Under the pieces are notes generated by a model, which was given only the letters and a program-made list of their open reading frames with translations, was not told the DNA's origin and did no database searches. This document shows, piece by piece, positions 10,671-23,997 of a stretch of DNA of 64,000 nucleotides (its first letter is position 1; each line of letters begins with the position of its first letter). The position numbers and the translations under genes are program-made. Source of the stretch: a virus. Taxonomy: Duplodnaviria; Heunggongvirae; Uroviricota; Caudoviricetes. The stretch is taken from positions 1-64,000 of the IMG/VR virus record IMGVR_UViG_2667527770_000005; one strand, given 5' to 3'.

Positions 10671-10687
10671 AAATTAATTAGAGCAAT
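10671..10687. promoter_or_regulatory. C1 repressor operator (16/17 to ATTGCTCTAATAAATTT, reverse orientation)
   Basis: AAATTAATTAGAGCAAT in the divergent ssb/lyz intergenic region. Confidence 0.65.
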
Positions 10688-10820
10688 AATGTATATCTTT
10701 GAAACGTAGCTAACAAGTGATTTGCATTATCCTGTGCCTTCTAAAGGGATCGAGTCAGTCGGTATTGGCTGTGAATGGGTGTTTGTCCTGGAGCGTAAAA
10801 AATTCGCTTATGAGGTCTTT

Positions 10821-11378
10821 ATGAAGGGAAAAACAGCCGCAGGAGGCGGTGCAATTTGCGCTATCGCGGTGATGATTACCATCGTGATGGGTAATGGCAA
10901 TGTGCGAACCAACCAGGCGGGGCTTGAGCTGATTGGTAACGCTGAAGGTTGCCGACGTGATCCATACATGTGCCCGGCGGGGGTATGGACTGACGGGATC
11001 GGTAATACACACGGGGTAACGCCGGGTGTGCGAAAAACCGACCAGCAAATCGCCGCTGATTGGGAAAAGAATATCCTGATCGCTGAACGCTGTATTAATC
11101 AGCACTTCCGGGGCAAAGACATGCCCGATAATGCCTTCAGTGCAATGACAAGCGCGGCATTCAATATGGGATGCAATAGCTTACGGACCTACTACAGCAA
11201 AGCGCGAGGCATGCGAGTAGAAACGTCCATCCACAAGTGGGCGCAGAAAGGGGAATGGGTGAATATGTGTAACCATCTCCCTGATTTCGTGAACAGTAAC
11301 GGCGTGCCCCTGCGAGGTTTAAAGATTCGCCGTGAAAAAGAACGCCAGCTTTGCCTGACGGGGCTTGTCAATGAATAA
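10821..11378 (+). CDS. lyz: Lyz, SAR-type endolysin (lysozyme)
   Basis: 185 aa from ATG at 10821 (the ORF-track start at 10722 is a TTG); N-terminal signal-anchor-release helix AAGGGAICAIAVMITIVMG, T4-lysozyme-like catalytic region. Confidence 0.9.
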   Translation: MKGKTAAGGGAICAIAVMITIVMGNGNVRTNQAGLELIGNAEGCRRDPYMCPAGVWTDGIGNTHGVTPGVRKTDQQIAADWEKNILIAERCINQHFRGKDMPDNAFSAMTSAAFNMGCNSLRTYYSKARGMRVETSIHKWAQKGEWVNMCNHLPDFVNSNGVPLRGLKIRREKERQLCLTGLVNE

Positions 11379-11622
11379 ACTCCGGCAGCTCCGCCGACTT
11401 TCGACAATGAAGTTATCGCTGGCGGCGATAGTTTTTGACTCGATTTTCATGGCGGTATATGTGCTCAATGAGACGTGGCCACTGGAACCGCTATTGTATG
11501 CCGGGCTTCGGCTGTGCCTGACATTTTTGAGCATGGCTGCGAGATTGATGCAGCAGAAAGAAACAGCTTCAGATTGTCCAGGCCGCGCGGTGCGCAAATA
11601 TATGGCACGCAGGCGAAGGTGA
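11365..11622 (+). CDS. possible small membrane protein downstream of lyz
   Basis: 85-aa ORF with one hydrophobic helix, ends just before a terminator; weak evidence. Confidence 0.25.
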   Translation: MSMNKLRQLRRLSTMKLSLAAIVFDSIFMAVYVLNETWPLEPLLYAGLRLCLTFLSMAARLMQQKETASDCPGRAVRKYMARRRR

Positions 11623-11638
11623 TAATAGTTAACGAGAA

Positions 11639-11664
11639 CCCCGGCAGCTGCCGGGGTTATTTTT
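11639..11664. terminator. bidirectional rho-independent terminator between lyz and pro
   Basis: palindrome CCCCGGCAGCTGCCGGGG followed by TTATTTTT. Confidence 0.7.
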
Positions 11665-11669
11665 GGTGG

Positions 11670-14400
<2,731 letters not shown>

Positions 14401-14466
14401 TTAATTAGAATAATTCGCATCGTGTTTGAACGGAATTTAACACTAGTCACTTGTTAAGGATTACCA

Positions 14467-17400
14467 ATGAACAAGCTATCTATAGGGGTGTTTCGCTGTT
14501 CAAGTGTCAGCGAAATATTGAAATACATTAGGGCAATAACATCTCACCGAGCGCCGATTAGATACGGCGTGGAAAAGGTGGAAGGCAAAAGCTATGACCG
14601 ACTACGCCGGGAGGCGAATCAGAAGGCGATAGATTTGCTTAATTCGCTGGTGGACGGCGCGACACTGACAGATGAACAGCGCCAGATCCTGGCTGGGTAC
14701 ACCGGCGAAGGCGGCATTGGCGGGTCCGTCTCCGAATATTACACACCAAAGCCGATCGCTGAAGGTGTCTGGGAGATCATGAAGCTCTACGGCGCGGACG
14801 TAGGTAACACTCTGGAACCATCGGCGGGCACCGGCGTTTTTAATGAGACAAAACCGGTTGGCACGGTGATGACCGCGACTGAGATCAGCAGTGTTTCCGG
14901 TCGTATAAACCAGCTGTTACATCCGGAAGACAGCGTACAGATTTCCCCGTTCGAACAACTGGCTGTAAGCACGCCTAACGATTCATTCGACCATGTGGTG
15001 GGTAACGTTCCGTTCGGTGGTCGTGATAACACACGCAACATCGATAAACCTTACGCAGAAGAAACGGACATGGGGTCTTACTTCATGCTCCGCATGTTGG
15101 ACAAGATAAAGCCTGGCGGATTCATGTGCGTGATTGTGCCGCCGTCCATTGTTTCAGGTTCAAACATGAAGCGGTTACGCCTGCGTCTATCCCGTAAAGC
15201 TGAATTTCTTGGCGCTCACCGCTTGCCTACCGGTACTTTTGACGCAAACGGGACCAGTACGGTCGTTGATGTGGTGCTGATGCGTAAACATCCGGCAGAG
15301 ATGGCTGAGAAAATCCCCCTGGTGGATGAAGGCACTCTTGAATCGGCAAATGTGCTTTGGCCAACGTTTATTTCTGGCAAGTGGTTTGAAAAGGACGGCC
15401 GCCGGTTTGTTCATGGTACTCAGGAGAAGGGATTCCAGGGGCGTATTGAGGTTCGTGCCGACGGGCAGATTGATAACCTGGCTCTTAAAGCGAAGCTGAT
15501 TCATCGTTTCGAAAGTCGTATCGACTGGTCTTTGCTCGATATGGCTGAACCGTCACCGACCGCAGATGTTGTTGATGAAGGGGAAATGCGCCTGATTAAT
15601 GGCGTATGGCAAAAATATGCTGGTGGTCGCTGGATTGAAGCTGATGCCGGGAAGGAGCTGAAGATTGATGTTGCCAGTTATGGCGCGGATAGCTGGGAGG
15701 CTCTTCAGCGTAACCTGACTACCACAGAAGGTCGTCTCGGCATGACATTTACCCAGATGGCAAATGTCCGCGATAAGTACACCACATCAATCAGCGACGA
15801 TATGGTGCAACTGGTGGACTGGATTAACAGCCAGCCTGAAAAATACCGTGAACGCTTGTATCGCGGGGCGATGATTGGCCGGATGTTAATTGAATATCAG
15901 GATATGAAGGCCGCCGGGCATAGTGCTGAACAAATCGAACAGCAGCGCCTTTCTCTGGTATCCCGTTTGCAGGCAGAGATTGACCGTTTTGGTAACCCCG
16001 GTCGCGGTCCGATAGCGAAATTGTCGGGGAGCGGTGCGCGCGCCTGGTTTGCTTTCCGTGGTGCGATTAAGCTGGATGGCACTATTTCTGACGAGCTGAC
16101 AGGAAAGCTGGTTACGCATGATTCCAGCGCCAGTTATGACTCCACCAGCTATCAGGACACCCTGCGTTATCTCTATAGCGATCTTACCCGCGATCCAATC
16201 CAGCTCGATGATTTCCGCCTTGCGTTTACCGGCGAACTGCCAGCCAGTGATGAAGAGTTGCTTAATTTATTGGCCAGCACCCCTGGTATTGCGGTTTCAC
16301 CGTATGGCGGGATTGTTCCGTTCGCCCGCGCCACCAGCGGCGACATTAACGAGATAGTGGCTCCAAAACAGGAATTTCTTGCCACACACCCCGACGGTCC
16401 AGTAAAGAACAACGTCCTTAATCAGCTGGCAGCGATCGAAGAGAAGCGCATCAAGACGCCAGCAGAGAATATCCGCTTTAAGCTCAATAGCCGTTGGTTC
16501 GACCGCTCCGTCATTCTGGAATTTTTGCAGGAAAACGGCTATCCGGATCTGCGCTATGTGCAGTCAGTGCAGCTGGAAGGCGACGAAATGGTTTCTGACA
16601 CCTATCACGGTGGTGATGGTCTGTTCGTCGGGCACCGATACGGTGTCGTCCAGCGCAAGGATAAAGAAACAGGCGAGATCCGCTACGAGTGGGACCGTAA
16701 ATCGGGTGAAAACGCGACCGGGTTCCCGGCACAGCTGGAAAAGTATCTCAATGGTGCGCGTATCGGTGGCAAAGATAGCGCGACGGCGAACGGCTACCGC
16801 GAGCAGATGGCACTGCTTGAGGACCAGTTCAATAAGTGGATCAAGACGCACGATCGCTACGATGAGCTGGTTGCCAAATACAACGATGTGTTCAATAGCA
16901 ATATCCCGTATGAACACTCTGGCGATCCGCTTGGGTTGAAGGGATTAAGCGGTAAGCGCCAGCCATTTGATTACCAGAATAGCGAGGTGCGCCGACTGTC
17001 CGAAGATGGGCGCGGCATCCTGGGCTTCGGCACCGGGCTGGGTAAAACCACGACCGCGCTGGCGCTTGAGGCGTTCAACTATGAGAACGGTCGCTCTACC
17101 CGTACTGCGTATGTAGTGCCTAAATCAGTGCTGGAAAATTGGTATTACGAAGCAAAAGAATTCCTGAGTGAAGAGGCATTCAGTAACTACTTGTTCGTCG
17201 GTCTTGATGTGCTGATGGATGGCGATCAGATTCGCCAGGTGCCGGTGCTCAATGAGAACGGTAAACCTGTTCTTGGTACTGATGGCACTCCAGTTATGCG
17301 CGATGCTCTTAAGCTGGCAGATGAAGCCACTATCACGGCGCGGATGAACGCGATCCCGCACTCAAATTACCGTGCAGTCGTGTTTACCAAAGAACAATAC

Positions 17401-20400
17401 GCCCGCATTCCGCTACGTGATGACACCGTAGATGAGCATGCACAGGATATGCTTTATGACTTCGTTGCAGCCGGGCGCGTAGCCAGCGCAATGGACTCCG
17501 ACTCCCACCGCAAAGAGGCCGCGCGTCGCCGGGTATTGTCGGAGTATTCAGATACCGGCACCGAAAAAGCAGAGAAGTATCCGTACTTTGAGGATATGGG
17601 CTTCGATAGTGTGATCGCCGACGAAGGTCACAACTACCGCAATAGCTATAAAAATGGTCGCGAAGCGTCACAACTGGCCTATCTGCCCACCAGCGCGGTG
17701 GCGCAATCGGCGCGAGATATGGCAATTAAAAACGCGTACCTGATGAAAAAGAATGGCGGGCGCGGGCCGGTTCTCCTGACTGCAACGCCAGTCGTTAACA
17801 CCCCGATCGATGCATACAACATGCTTTCTCATGTTCTGCCGAAGGAATACTGGCAGAACATGGGGATCTACGGTCCTGATGACTTCGTTAAATTCTTCGG
17901 CAAGACCAGGCTGGAAACGGTACAGAAAATTAGCGGTGAAGTTGAAGAAAAAATGGCGCTGGTGGGCTTTGAAAACCTTGATGCGCTGCGCGGTATATTC
18001 CATCGCTGGGTAACGCTTAAAACGGCGGAAGACGTTAAGGATACCGTGGAGATCCCGGAGCTGGACGAACACCAGCAGGATGCACCACTTACTGAAGAAC
18101 AACTGGCGGCGTATGAAGAATTGCGTCAGCAGGCGGAAGCGGCGGCCAAAGCCAACAATGGCGTAACGACCTCGGTCAATGAAGACGGCGTGATTGAGCA
18201 CGAGAAAGCCCGTCCGATCTTCTCAATAATCAGGGATATGGACCGCGTATGTACTGACATGGACCTGTACTATCGCCGGATCACCTATCGTTTCCTGCCG
18301 GAGTACGCCGATGCGGTGCAGCAGCTGGCGGACAGTTTGCCTAAACAAGCCACCAGCGAAGACGACGACAGTGATGATTCAATCACGCAGCAATCGCAAT
18401 ACTCCCTGATAGATAAGGGCGAGTTTATTCAGTTGCAGGTTCCGGAAGCGTTCGAGCAGGAAGTGAATAAGCGCCTGGCCAGGTTTGGCATTGACGAACA
18501 GACCGTAACTCACCCCGTTACGCCGAAATACGCGAAGCTGATCGCCACGCTGAAGGAGTTTTTCCCGGAAGGTAAGCAAATCATCTTCACCGATGAAAAA
18601 ACGCAGCACCAGAAGCTCAAGCGCATTATCTGCAATGCTCTAAACCTTGAACCTTCAAAGGTGGGGATCCTGAATGCTCAGACGGTTGCCGAGGCAGGTA
18701 AAACCGGTAAGAAACTGAAAGCGGTTAAACCGCCGAAAGAGCTACCGGATGAACCAACAGATGCACAGATAGCGAAATACAACGAGCAAATGGCTCTGTA
18801 TGACGCCTATATCGCGCAGCAAAATGAAATGTCGTTGGGCGGTCTGGAAAAGATTGCAGCCGACTTCCAGGAGGGCCGGACTCCGATCATCATCTGCAAC
18901 AAAAAGGCAGAGGTGGGTATCAACCTGCATCGAGGAACGACTGACATCCATCATCTGACGTTGCCATGGACACCAGCCAGCATCGCACAACGTAACGGTC
19001 GCGGTGCACGAGTTGGCTCCAACCGTGCAAGCGTTCGCGTTCACTACTACTGCGGCAAGGGGTCTTTCGATGAATACCGACTGAAGACGCTGAAGCGTAA
19101 AGCAGGCTGGATCTCCGATATCCTCCGTTCAGATAAGTCAGAAATGGAGAACGCCGACGCCAATGACATGATCGAAATGCAGATGTATACCGCGAAGGAT
19201 GACGGCGAACGTCTGGCAATGATGCAGGTTCAAATGGATAAGGCGAAAGCTGCGAAACGCGCTCGCCAGAAAGAACAGGCTACTATCGACCTTCAGAACT
19301 ACATCAAGGCGCAGCACGCAGCTGGTGAGGATGTGGAGGTACTTACCGCTGAATTGGAGCGAAGCAAAGCGGAACTTGAAAAGACCACCGCCGAGGTAGC
19401 TAAATTCAAACAGGCGGTAATGGCCAAAGCAGCTGATAACGCAGACTGGAAAGCCCGCTGGGGTAGCGTCCATCACACAGACCGTATGTTGTTAGCACAG
19501 TATCGCGCGTCGTTGAAAAGCGCCATTCAGCGCAAGGCTAATATCTCTCAGGCCATCTCCCGCTATGAGAAATTATTGAACCGTACTCAGAAGGCCGCGA
19601 CGGATATCAAACGCCTGCGCCCGCTGGTGGAGGATGCAATAAATAAAGGCATTCTGGATGTTGATCCTGATCTGGTTAACCATGCGAATGAGTTCCTTGT
19701 TATCGGCGATCGCTCATGGCGTGTAGGCCAATACTATGATTGTGCCGGTGATATCGTTCGCATTAAGTCGCTGGACTTCGACAGCCAGCGCGCAGACGTG
19801 GAGATCATCTTTACCTTCAAAGGCACCAAATCGGGTAACTGGGATGTGAAGACGCTGGATAAACAGGTTGATGTAACTCCCGATGAAGATGCTGTTATGC
19901 AGAAAATCAGTGGTGGCGTCTCCATCGCCGGGATTAACGACATCATTTCCTGTGACGATTTCTACCGTTTCCAGCAGCGCGGCATGATCAAAATCACTGA
20001 CTCATACGGCGTTCAGACTACAGAGTCAGGCTATAGCATCGATTTTGTTGGTACCTATACGGACCCACTGAAGCATGCGGTTTACCCGGATCGCCGTGAC
20101 GGCGCGCTGAAGTCGTCAATTGCAAAATGGGTGCTTGGTATGATGTCGGAAGGGAATAACCGCCAGATCCGTTCGGCAGAAACATTCCTGGTTGAACTGT
20201 TTGGCTCCAATTATGGCGATGTAATCGCGTCATACGGAGATACGCTATCCCCTGAAGCAATTCAGGAGAAAATAGCGGATGCGATCGCCAGAATGCCGGA
20301 AAAAACAAGCCAGGGGGCTACTCGTAACGGGGATTCTGAACTTGAAGTCACCAATGCCATTTTCGGTACCAATGAGTTCCGGGCGTCAGATTATGAGATC

Positions 20401-21234
20401 ACCACAGCACAGTTTGGCACCATTGGCATTTACAGCAATAAAGCCGAGATCAAGCAGGCAATGGACGCAGCAAGCGCGCGCATCGCAGCAGAACGGGAAG
20501 CCAATCTGAATCATGCAGTCGCCGCGCTGACTCAATCGTGGGTAACAGCAATCAGGGAGGCCGCCACCACAGGGAAAATCACACCTGCAATAGCGGATGT
20601 CGTAAACGACGGCTCTAAATTTATGGATGCCTATCAAATGGATGCGGTGAAGTTGCCATCAGCCTATGGTCAACTCAGCTATCGCATGACCTACAACCTG
20701 GTATCAATGTTTTCCGACCTTGCCATCCTTGGGCTGGTGGATCTTAACGAGGTTACGCCGGAATTGCTCAGCATGCGCAAGAATCATGTGGAGATATTGC
20801 AGAGAATTAACACGGTTCTTGCCGGGCGCACCGATGAAGAGAAACAGGCCGACGCTGATCGGATAAACCTAGCCCTTGGCAACATCACGGAGGAAGAGAT
20901 TGCCGCCAGAAACGAGAAACAAGAAGAGTTATCATCAATACAGGGTGATGCCACCAGCATAGCTCAGTCTCTTGGTCTGAATTATCGCGTATCCACCGCC
21001 GACCTGAAGATGATGTACGCACCAAAATTCGCCGCTGGCGAGGTATTTGGGCTTCAGGAAGCCTCAGGCATGAAAGGCGTTCTTTTCCGTGCGAAAGACG
21101 CAATCAAGGCGAAATTCGGCGCTCGCTGGCTGCCAGCGAAGGCGAAGAACAGCGATTTCCCGGGTAACTGGTGGATTATCGAGACAAAACACAACGTGGC
21201 GGACGTTCTGGCCGTCATCCAACAATACGCATAA
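14467..21234 (+). CDS. darB: DarB, giant methyltransferase-helicase anti-restriction head protein
   Basis: 2255-aa ORF; N-terminal N6-adenine MTase-like motif (DHVVGNVPFG), downstream superfamily-2 helicase motifs (GTGLGKTT Walker A, ADEGH box). Confidence 0.9.
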   Translation: MNKLSIGVFRCSSVSEILKYIRAITSHRAPIRYGVEKVEGKSYDRLRREANQKAIDLLNSLVDGATLTDEQRQILAGYTGEGGIGGSVSEYYTPKPIAEGVWEIMKLYGADVGNTLEPSAGTGVFNETKPVGTVMTATEISSVSGRINQLLHPEDSVQISPFEQLAVSTPNDSFDHVVGNVPFGGRDNTRNIDKPYAEETDMGSYFMLRMLDKIKPGGFMCVIVPPSIVSGSNMKRLRLRLSRKAEFLGAHRLPTGTFDANGTSTVVDVVLMRKHPAEMAEKIPLVDEGTLESANVLWPTFISGKWFEKDGRRFVHGTQEKGFQGRIEVRADGQIDNLALKAKLIHRFESRIDWSLLDMAEPSPTADVVDEGEMRLINGVWQKYAGGRWIEADAGKELKIDVASYGADSWEALQRNLTTTEGRLGMTFTQMANVRDKYTTSISDDMVQLVDWINSQPEKYRERLYRGAMIGRMLIEYQDMKAAGHSAEQIEQQRLSLVSRLQAEIDRFGNPGRGPIAKLSGSGARAWFAFRGAIKLDGTISDELTGKLVTHDSSASYDSTSYQDTLRYLYSDLTRDPIQLDDFRLAFTGELPASDEELLNLLASTPGIAVSPYGGIVPFARATSGDINEIVAPKQEFLATHPDGPVKNNVLNQLAAIEEKRIKTPAENIRFKLNSRWFDRSVILEFLQENGYPDLRYVQSVQLEGDEMVSDTYHGGDGLFVGHRYGVVQRKDKETGEIRYEWDRKSGENATGFPAQLEKYLNGARIGGKDSATANGYREQMALLEDQFNKWIKTHDRYDELVAKYNDVFNSNIPYEHSGDPLGLKGLSGKRQPFDYQNSEVRRLSEDGRGILGFGTGLGKTTTALALEAFNYENGRSTRTAYVVPKSVLENWYYEAKEFLSEEAFSNYLFVGLDVLMDGDQIRQVPVLNENGKPVLGTDGTPVMRDALKLADEATITARMNAIPHSNYRAVVFTKEQYARIPLRDDTVDEHAQDMLYDFVAAGRVASAMDSDSHRKEAARRRVLSEYSDTGTEKAEKYPYFEDMGFDSVIADEGHNYRNSYKNGREASQLAYLPTSAVAQSARDMAIKNAYLMKKNGGRGPVLLTATPVVNTPIDAYNMLSHVLPKEYWQNMGIYGPDDFVKFFGKTRLETVQKISGEVEEKMALVGFENLDALRGIFHRWVTLKTAEDVKDTVEIPELDEHQQDAPLTEEQLAAYEELRQQAEAAAKANNGVTTSVNEDGVIEHEKARPIFSIIRDMDRVCTDMDLYYRRITYRFLPEYADAVQQLADSLPKQATSEDDDSDDSITQQSQYSLIDKGEFIQLQVPEAFEQEVNKRLARFGIDEQTVTHPVTPKYAKLIATLKEFFPEGKQIIFTDEKTQHQKLKRIICNALNLEPSKVGILNAQTVAEAGKTGKKLKAVKPPKELPDEPTDAQIAKYNEQMALYDAYIAQQNEMSLGGLEKIAADFQEGRTPIIICNKKAEVGINLHRGTTDIHHLTLPWTPASIAQRNGRGARVGSNRASVRVHYYCGKGSFDEYRLKTLKRKAGWISDILRSDKSEMENADANDMIEMQMYTAKDDGERLAMMQVQMDKAKAAKRARQKEQATIDLQNYIKAQHAAGEDVEVLTAELERSKAELEKTTAEVAKFKQAVMAKAADNADWKARWGSVHHTDRMLLAQYRASLKSAIQRKANISQAISRYEKLLNRTQKAATDIKRLRPLVEDAINKGILDVDPDLVNHANEFLVIGDRSWRVGQYYDCAGDIVRIKSLDFDSQRADVEIIFTFKGTKSGNWDVKTLDKQVDVTPDEDAVMQKISGGVSIAGINDIISCDDFYRFQQRGMIKITDSYGVQTTESGYSIDFVGTYTDPLKHAVYPDRRDGALKSSIAKWVLGMMSEGNNRQIRSAETFLVELFGSNYGDVIASYGDTLSPEAIQEKIADAIARMPEKTSQGATRNGDSELEVTNAIFGTNEFRASDYEITTAQFGTIGIYSNKAEIKQAMDAASARIAAEREANLNHAVAALTQSWVTAIREAATTGKITPAIADVVNDGSKFMDAYQMDAVKLPSAYGQLSYRMTYNLVSMFSDLAILGLVDLNEVTPELLSMRKNHVEILQRINTVLAGRTDEEKQADADRINLALGNITEEEIAARNEKQEELSSIQGDATSIAQSLGLNYRVSTADLKMMYAPKFAAGEVFGLQEASGMKGVLFRAKDAIKAKFGARWLPAKAKNSDFPGNWWIIETKHNVADVLAVIQQYA

Positions 21235-21267
21235 CAGGAGCGCCCGGTTCGCCGGGCGTCGCATAAT

Positions 21268-21708
21268 ATGGCCACACTATCTGATACAATAAAACCGAAT
21301 AAAACATATCTTGAGGCGGTACTCCGTACAGCGTTGTTAGGAAAGACAGAAGACGAATACGTTGATTTCTTCCTGTCAGGGCTACGCGGGCGATTACTGA
21401 AAAATCCCCGCCTGTACCGCAGCTATGGTCCATACTGGCCGGAAATTAAAAAATTATTACTGGAGCGCGGTTATGGTAATTTCGGTCGTCTCGTTGACCG
21501 TGACGTTCGCAAAATTTACCGTTATGACCGCCCGGCGCTAACACTCATAGCCGCGACGCTCTACAGCCAGGAGCGTTTTGATAATGGTCAGATATACTCA
21601 GCCTGGCATTTACTGCCAGTGCCTGAAGAAGTTGACGACCAGGACTATGAGTTTGAGTCTTACGATTTGGAAGTTGAAGCCTTGGCACAGGCTGGAGAGA
21701 AAACTTGA
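21268..21708 (+). CDS. ulx: Ulx-like protein
   Basis: 146-aa ORF between darB and lxc-like gene; by synteny. Confidence 0.5.
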   Translation: MATLSDTIKPNKTYLEAVLRTALLGKTEDEYVDFFLSGLRGRLLKNPRLYRSYGPYWPEIKKLLLERGYGNFGRLVDRDVRKIYRYDRPALTLIAATLYSQERFDNGQIYSAWHLLPVPEEVDDQDYEFESYDLEVEALAQAGEKT

Positions 21709-21953
21709 AAAAGCGATACTACACAGTAAAGCATGGGACGCTACGAGCATTACAAGAGTTTGCTGACAAGCATAACGTTGAGGTGCGCAGGGAAGGGGGA
21801 AGTAAAGCTCTGCGCATGTACCGTCCGGACGGAAAATGGCGGACGGTCGTCGATTTCAAAACTAACAGCGTTCCCCAGGGCGTCCGCGACCGGGCATTCG
21901 AGGAATGGGAGCAGATCATCATAGATAACGCATTGCTCCTGAATGCTGATTAA
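21705..21953 (+). CDS. lxc: Lxc-like small regulator
   Basis: 82-aa ORF overlapping ulx stop by 4 nt; by synteny. Confidence 0.5.
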   Translation: MKKRYYTVKHGTLRALQEFADKHNVEVRREGGSKALRMYRPDGKWRTVVDFKTNSVPQGVRDRAFEEWEQIIIDNALLLNAD

Positions 21954-21958
21954 GAACT

Positions 21959-21985
21959 CTCCGGCCTAGGGAGATTAGGCCGGAG
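21959..21985. terminator. stem-loop between convergent lxc and SIR2-like gene
   Basis: CTCCGGCCT-N9-AGGCCGGAG 9-bp stem; A/T-rich flanks. Confidence 0.45.
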
Positions 21986-21994
21986 ATAAATATA

Positions 21995-23299
21995 CTATAT
22001 AAACTTAGATATAATATCGTGAATCTGTTGTAGCGGGATTTCTTCCATCTTACTCTTAATAAGAGAGCGGTTAGATGCTGTCAGTGAAGGCCATTTTGTT
22101 TTCCAGGCTAGATATGCTCGCCATGAGTAGCCTGTTTCGTAAGGTTTATTCATATAAGTCATTGAGTGTTCAACCGCATGTATGTATTTTTTCTCAAAGT
22201 TGGTTCCTTTTACTTCAAATAAACTACCGAAATAAATAAGCCATTTTGCCAGGTGTTCATACTGCTCCCATGCGCCAGACTCTTTAGTAAGATCTATTTT
22301 TTTATCTATTATATCACAAAAAACATTTAATACCTTTTCATCATTCCAGCTATATCCAGATGATGAAATGGAGGAAATGATATGATAAAAAGAATCCTCT
22401 AACTTCAAGAACTCTATTTTATACTCTCTTCCGTTTTTTATTACCGATTTGATTGAGTGCCTCAATTTGTCTTTTATTTTTTTTGCTTCTGGAATTTTCT
22501 TGTTAAGTTTTCTAAAGAAATCAGACACCTCTGTTTTATCTATAACCCTAATCCCAAAGCAGGAAAAATAGTAATCTTTAATAGGTTGCAATAGTTTTCC
22601 TCGGGAAATAAGGAAAATATTGGAGGACATTACGTTGTCCCGTGAAAATACCTTATATTCATTTATAATCGCCTTGAGGTTCGCGTCACTTAGAGAATAG
22701 CCAAGAATAACAATAGTGTTTTCATGTAGAACTGTGCTTAGTTTATTTGAAAAGTAAGAATTACCATTTATAAATCTGAAATAATCCTCGCTAGTAACAA
22801 CCATATCTGATGGGGAGTCTATAGAGCCGTGAACATGGTAGACTTTAACCTCACAATTATATTTTGGAATTGGCAGGCCGGGGGTGATTGTACACGTTCG
22901 ATTCTCTCCAGCCAGTTTTTCTGCTAACTTGTCATAATTTGTCGTAATTACTTTAAATGTGTTTTCTTTGAAAAAGTCTTGAATATATTCAATTGATGGA
23001 TCAAGTTCGATTGAGGCTATGATTTTCTCAATCTCCTGGTAAATATTTTTCCCCGAAAGTATAAATTTTAGTGCAATAACCTGAGCAGCCTCTTCAAGGC
23101 TAAGGTCTTTTGCTTTTCCATCAGGAAATAATTCCTCTTTGAGTGAGTCACCATCCTTCAATAAACCGCACAGTTGCTCCAATAAAGATTGCCAACTTGG
23201 GGCTTTATCATCAGAAACAGCCTTTGAAAATCCAGTGCCTGTAAGAAAGCACAGCCTATGTGTAGCTGCTGCATAGGCAATTTCTATATACTCGCTCAT
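21995..23299 (-). CDS. SIR2-like (sirtuin-fold NADase) protein with uncharacterised C-terminal domain; candidate defence gene
   Basis: 434-aa ORF; GTGFS (res 21-25), TTNYD (119-123), YHVHGS (154-159) match SIR2-family signatures; about 35% GC versus a more GC-rich backbone; occupies the mat-lxc slot. Confidence 0.75.
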   Translation of the reverse strand: MSEYIEIAYAAATHRLCFLTGTGFSKAVSDDKAPSWQSLLEQLCGLLKDGDSLKEELFPDGKAKDLSLEEAAQVIALKFILSGKNIYQEIEKIIASIELDPSIEYIQDFFKENTFKVITTNYDKLAEKLAGENRTCTITPGLPIPKYNCEVKVYHVHGSIDSPSDMVVTSEDYFRFINGNSYFSNKLSTVLHENTIVILGYSLSDANLKAIINEYKVFSRDNVMSSNIFLISRGKLLQPIKDYYFSCFGIRVIDKTEVSDFFRKLNKKIPEAKKIKDKLRHSIKSVIKNGREYKIEFLKLEDSFYHIISSISSSGYSWNDEKVLNVFCDIIDKKIDLTKESGAWEQYEHLAKWLIYFGSLFEVKGTNFEKKYIHAVEHSMTYMNKPYETGYSWRAYLAWKTKWPSLTASNRSLIKSKMEEIPLQQIHDIISKFI

Positions 23300-23355
23300 T
23301 ACTTACTCCATTTACTTATAGTTCTACGGAGAAGTATACCCTAATGCATTGACGT

Positions 23356-23997
23356 TTATAGATAATTTCCTTTTCCTGTTAATACTCCCTTAGGCACCTG
23401 TTTTTGTGCCAGCGTTTGGGTTCCGCGAATTATGTTAATCAGAGGGCTTAGTAACGATGGTTCCTGGCGTGCCTCAACTTCTCCAGCCATTGCCCTGATG
23501 TAGTCTGCGCTGGCAACGTTGTTGTATTCCGTCGCAAAGCAACATAGTAACGTCAGAACATGCTCTGTCGTTATTTCGCTCCAGTTGATGTTGAAAAATT
23601 CATCGCCTTTTTTATCGTGTTCGGAATCGAAGATGCTTTGGTGGAGGATGTATTTGCCGGATTCCTTGCGCGGTAACTTGATCGCTTTCTGGCGTTCCAG
23701 CTCCTTGTAAATCTGCATTGCTTCAATCAGTACCGGCCTGCCGTTCATGAAGGGATCGCGCAACCTTACACGCTGGCCAACTCGACCAGTAATAAAGCTG
23801 TTTTCCTCTTCCACCAGCACGATAAAACCCTTTTCCTCTTTTTCTCGCAATTCGCGCAGCAGCTGGAGTTCCATGTCGCGGCGGCGTTCAGGGTAGCTGG
23901 TCCGCTCAGCCATTATCAGCTCGTTGTTGATCCATGCAGCAGTCATTGACGCCGGTTTGCCGACGCTCATCGAAACAACGCATATTTTCTTATCCAT
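23356..23997 (-). CDS. mat: Mat-like particle maturation protein
   Basis: ORF 23356..24024 in track begins with GTG; first ATG with AGGGG RBS is at 23997; position between ref and the res-mod slot as in P1. Confidence 0.55.
   Translation of the reverse strand: MDKKICVVSMSVGKPASMTAAWINNELIMAERTSYPERRRDMELQLLRELREKEEKGFIVLVEEENSFITGRVGQRVRLRDPFMNGRPVLIEAMQIYKELERQKAIKLPRKESGKYILHQSIFDSEHDKKGDEFFNINWSEITTEHVLTLLCCFATEYNNVASADYIRAMAGEVEARQEPSLLSPLINIIRGTQTLAQKQVPKGVLTGKGNYL

Noticed and set aside
21995-23299. Possibility that the SIR2-like ORF is a degraded remnant of type III res/mod
   Set aside because: No helicase, endonuclease or methyltransferase motifs; the sirtuin-like motifs are positive evidence for a different protein family.
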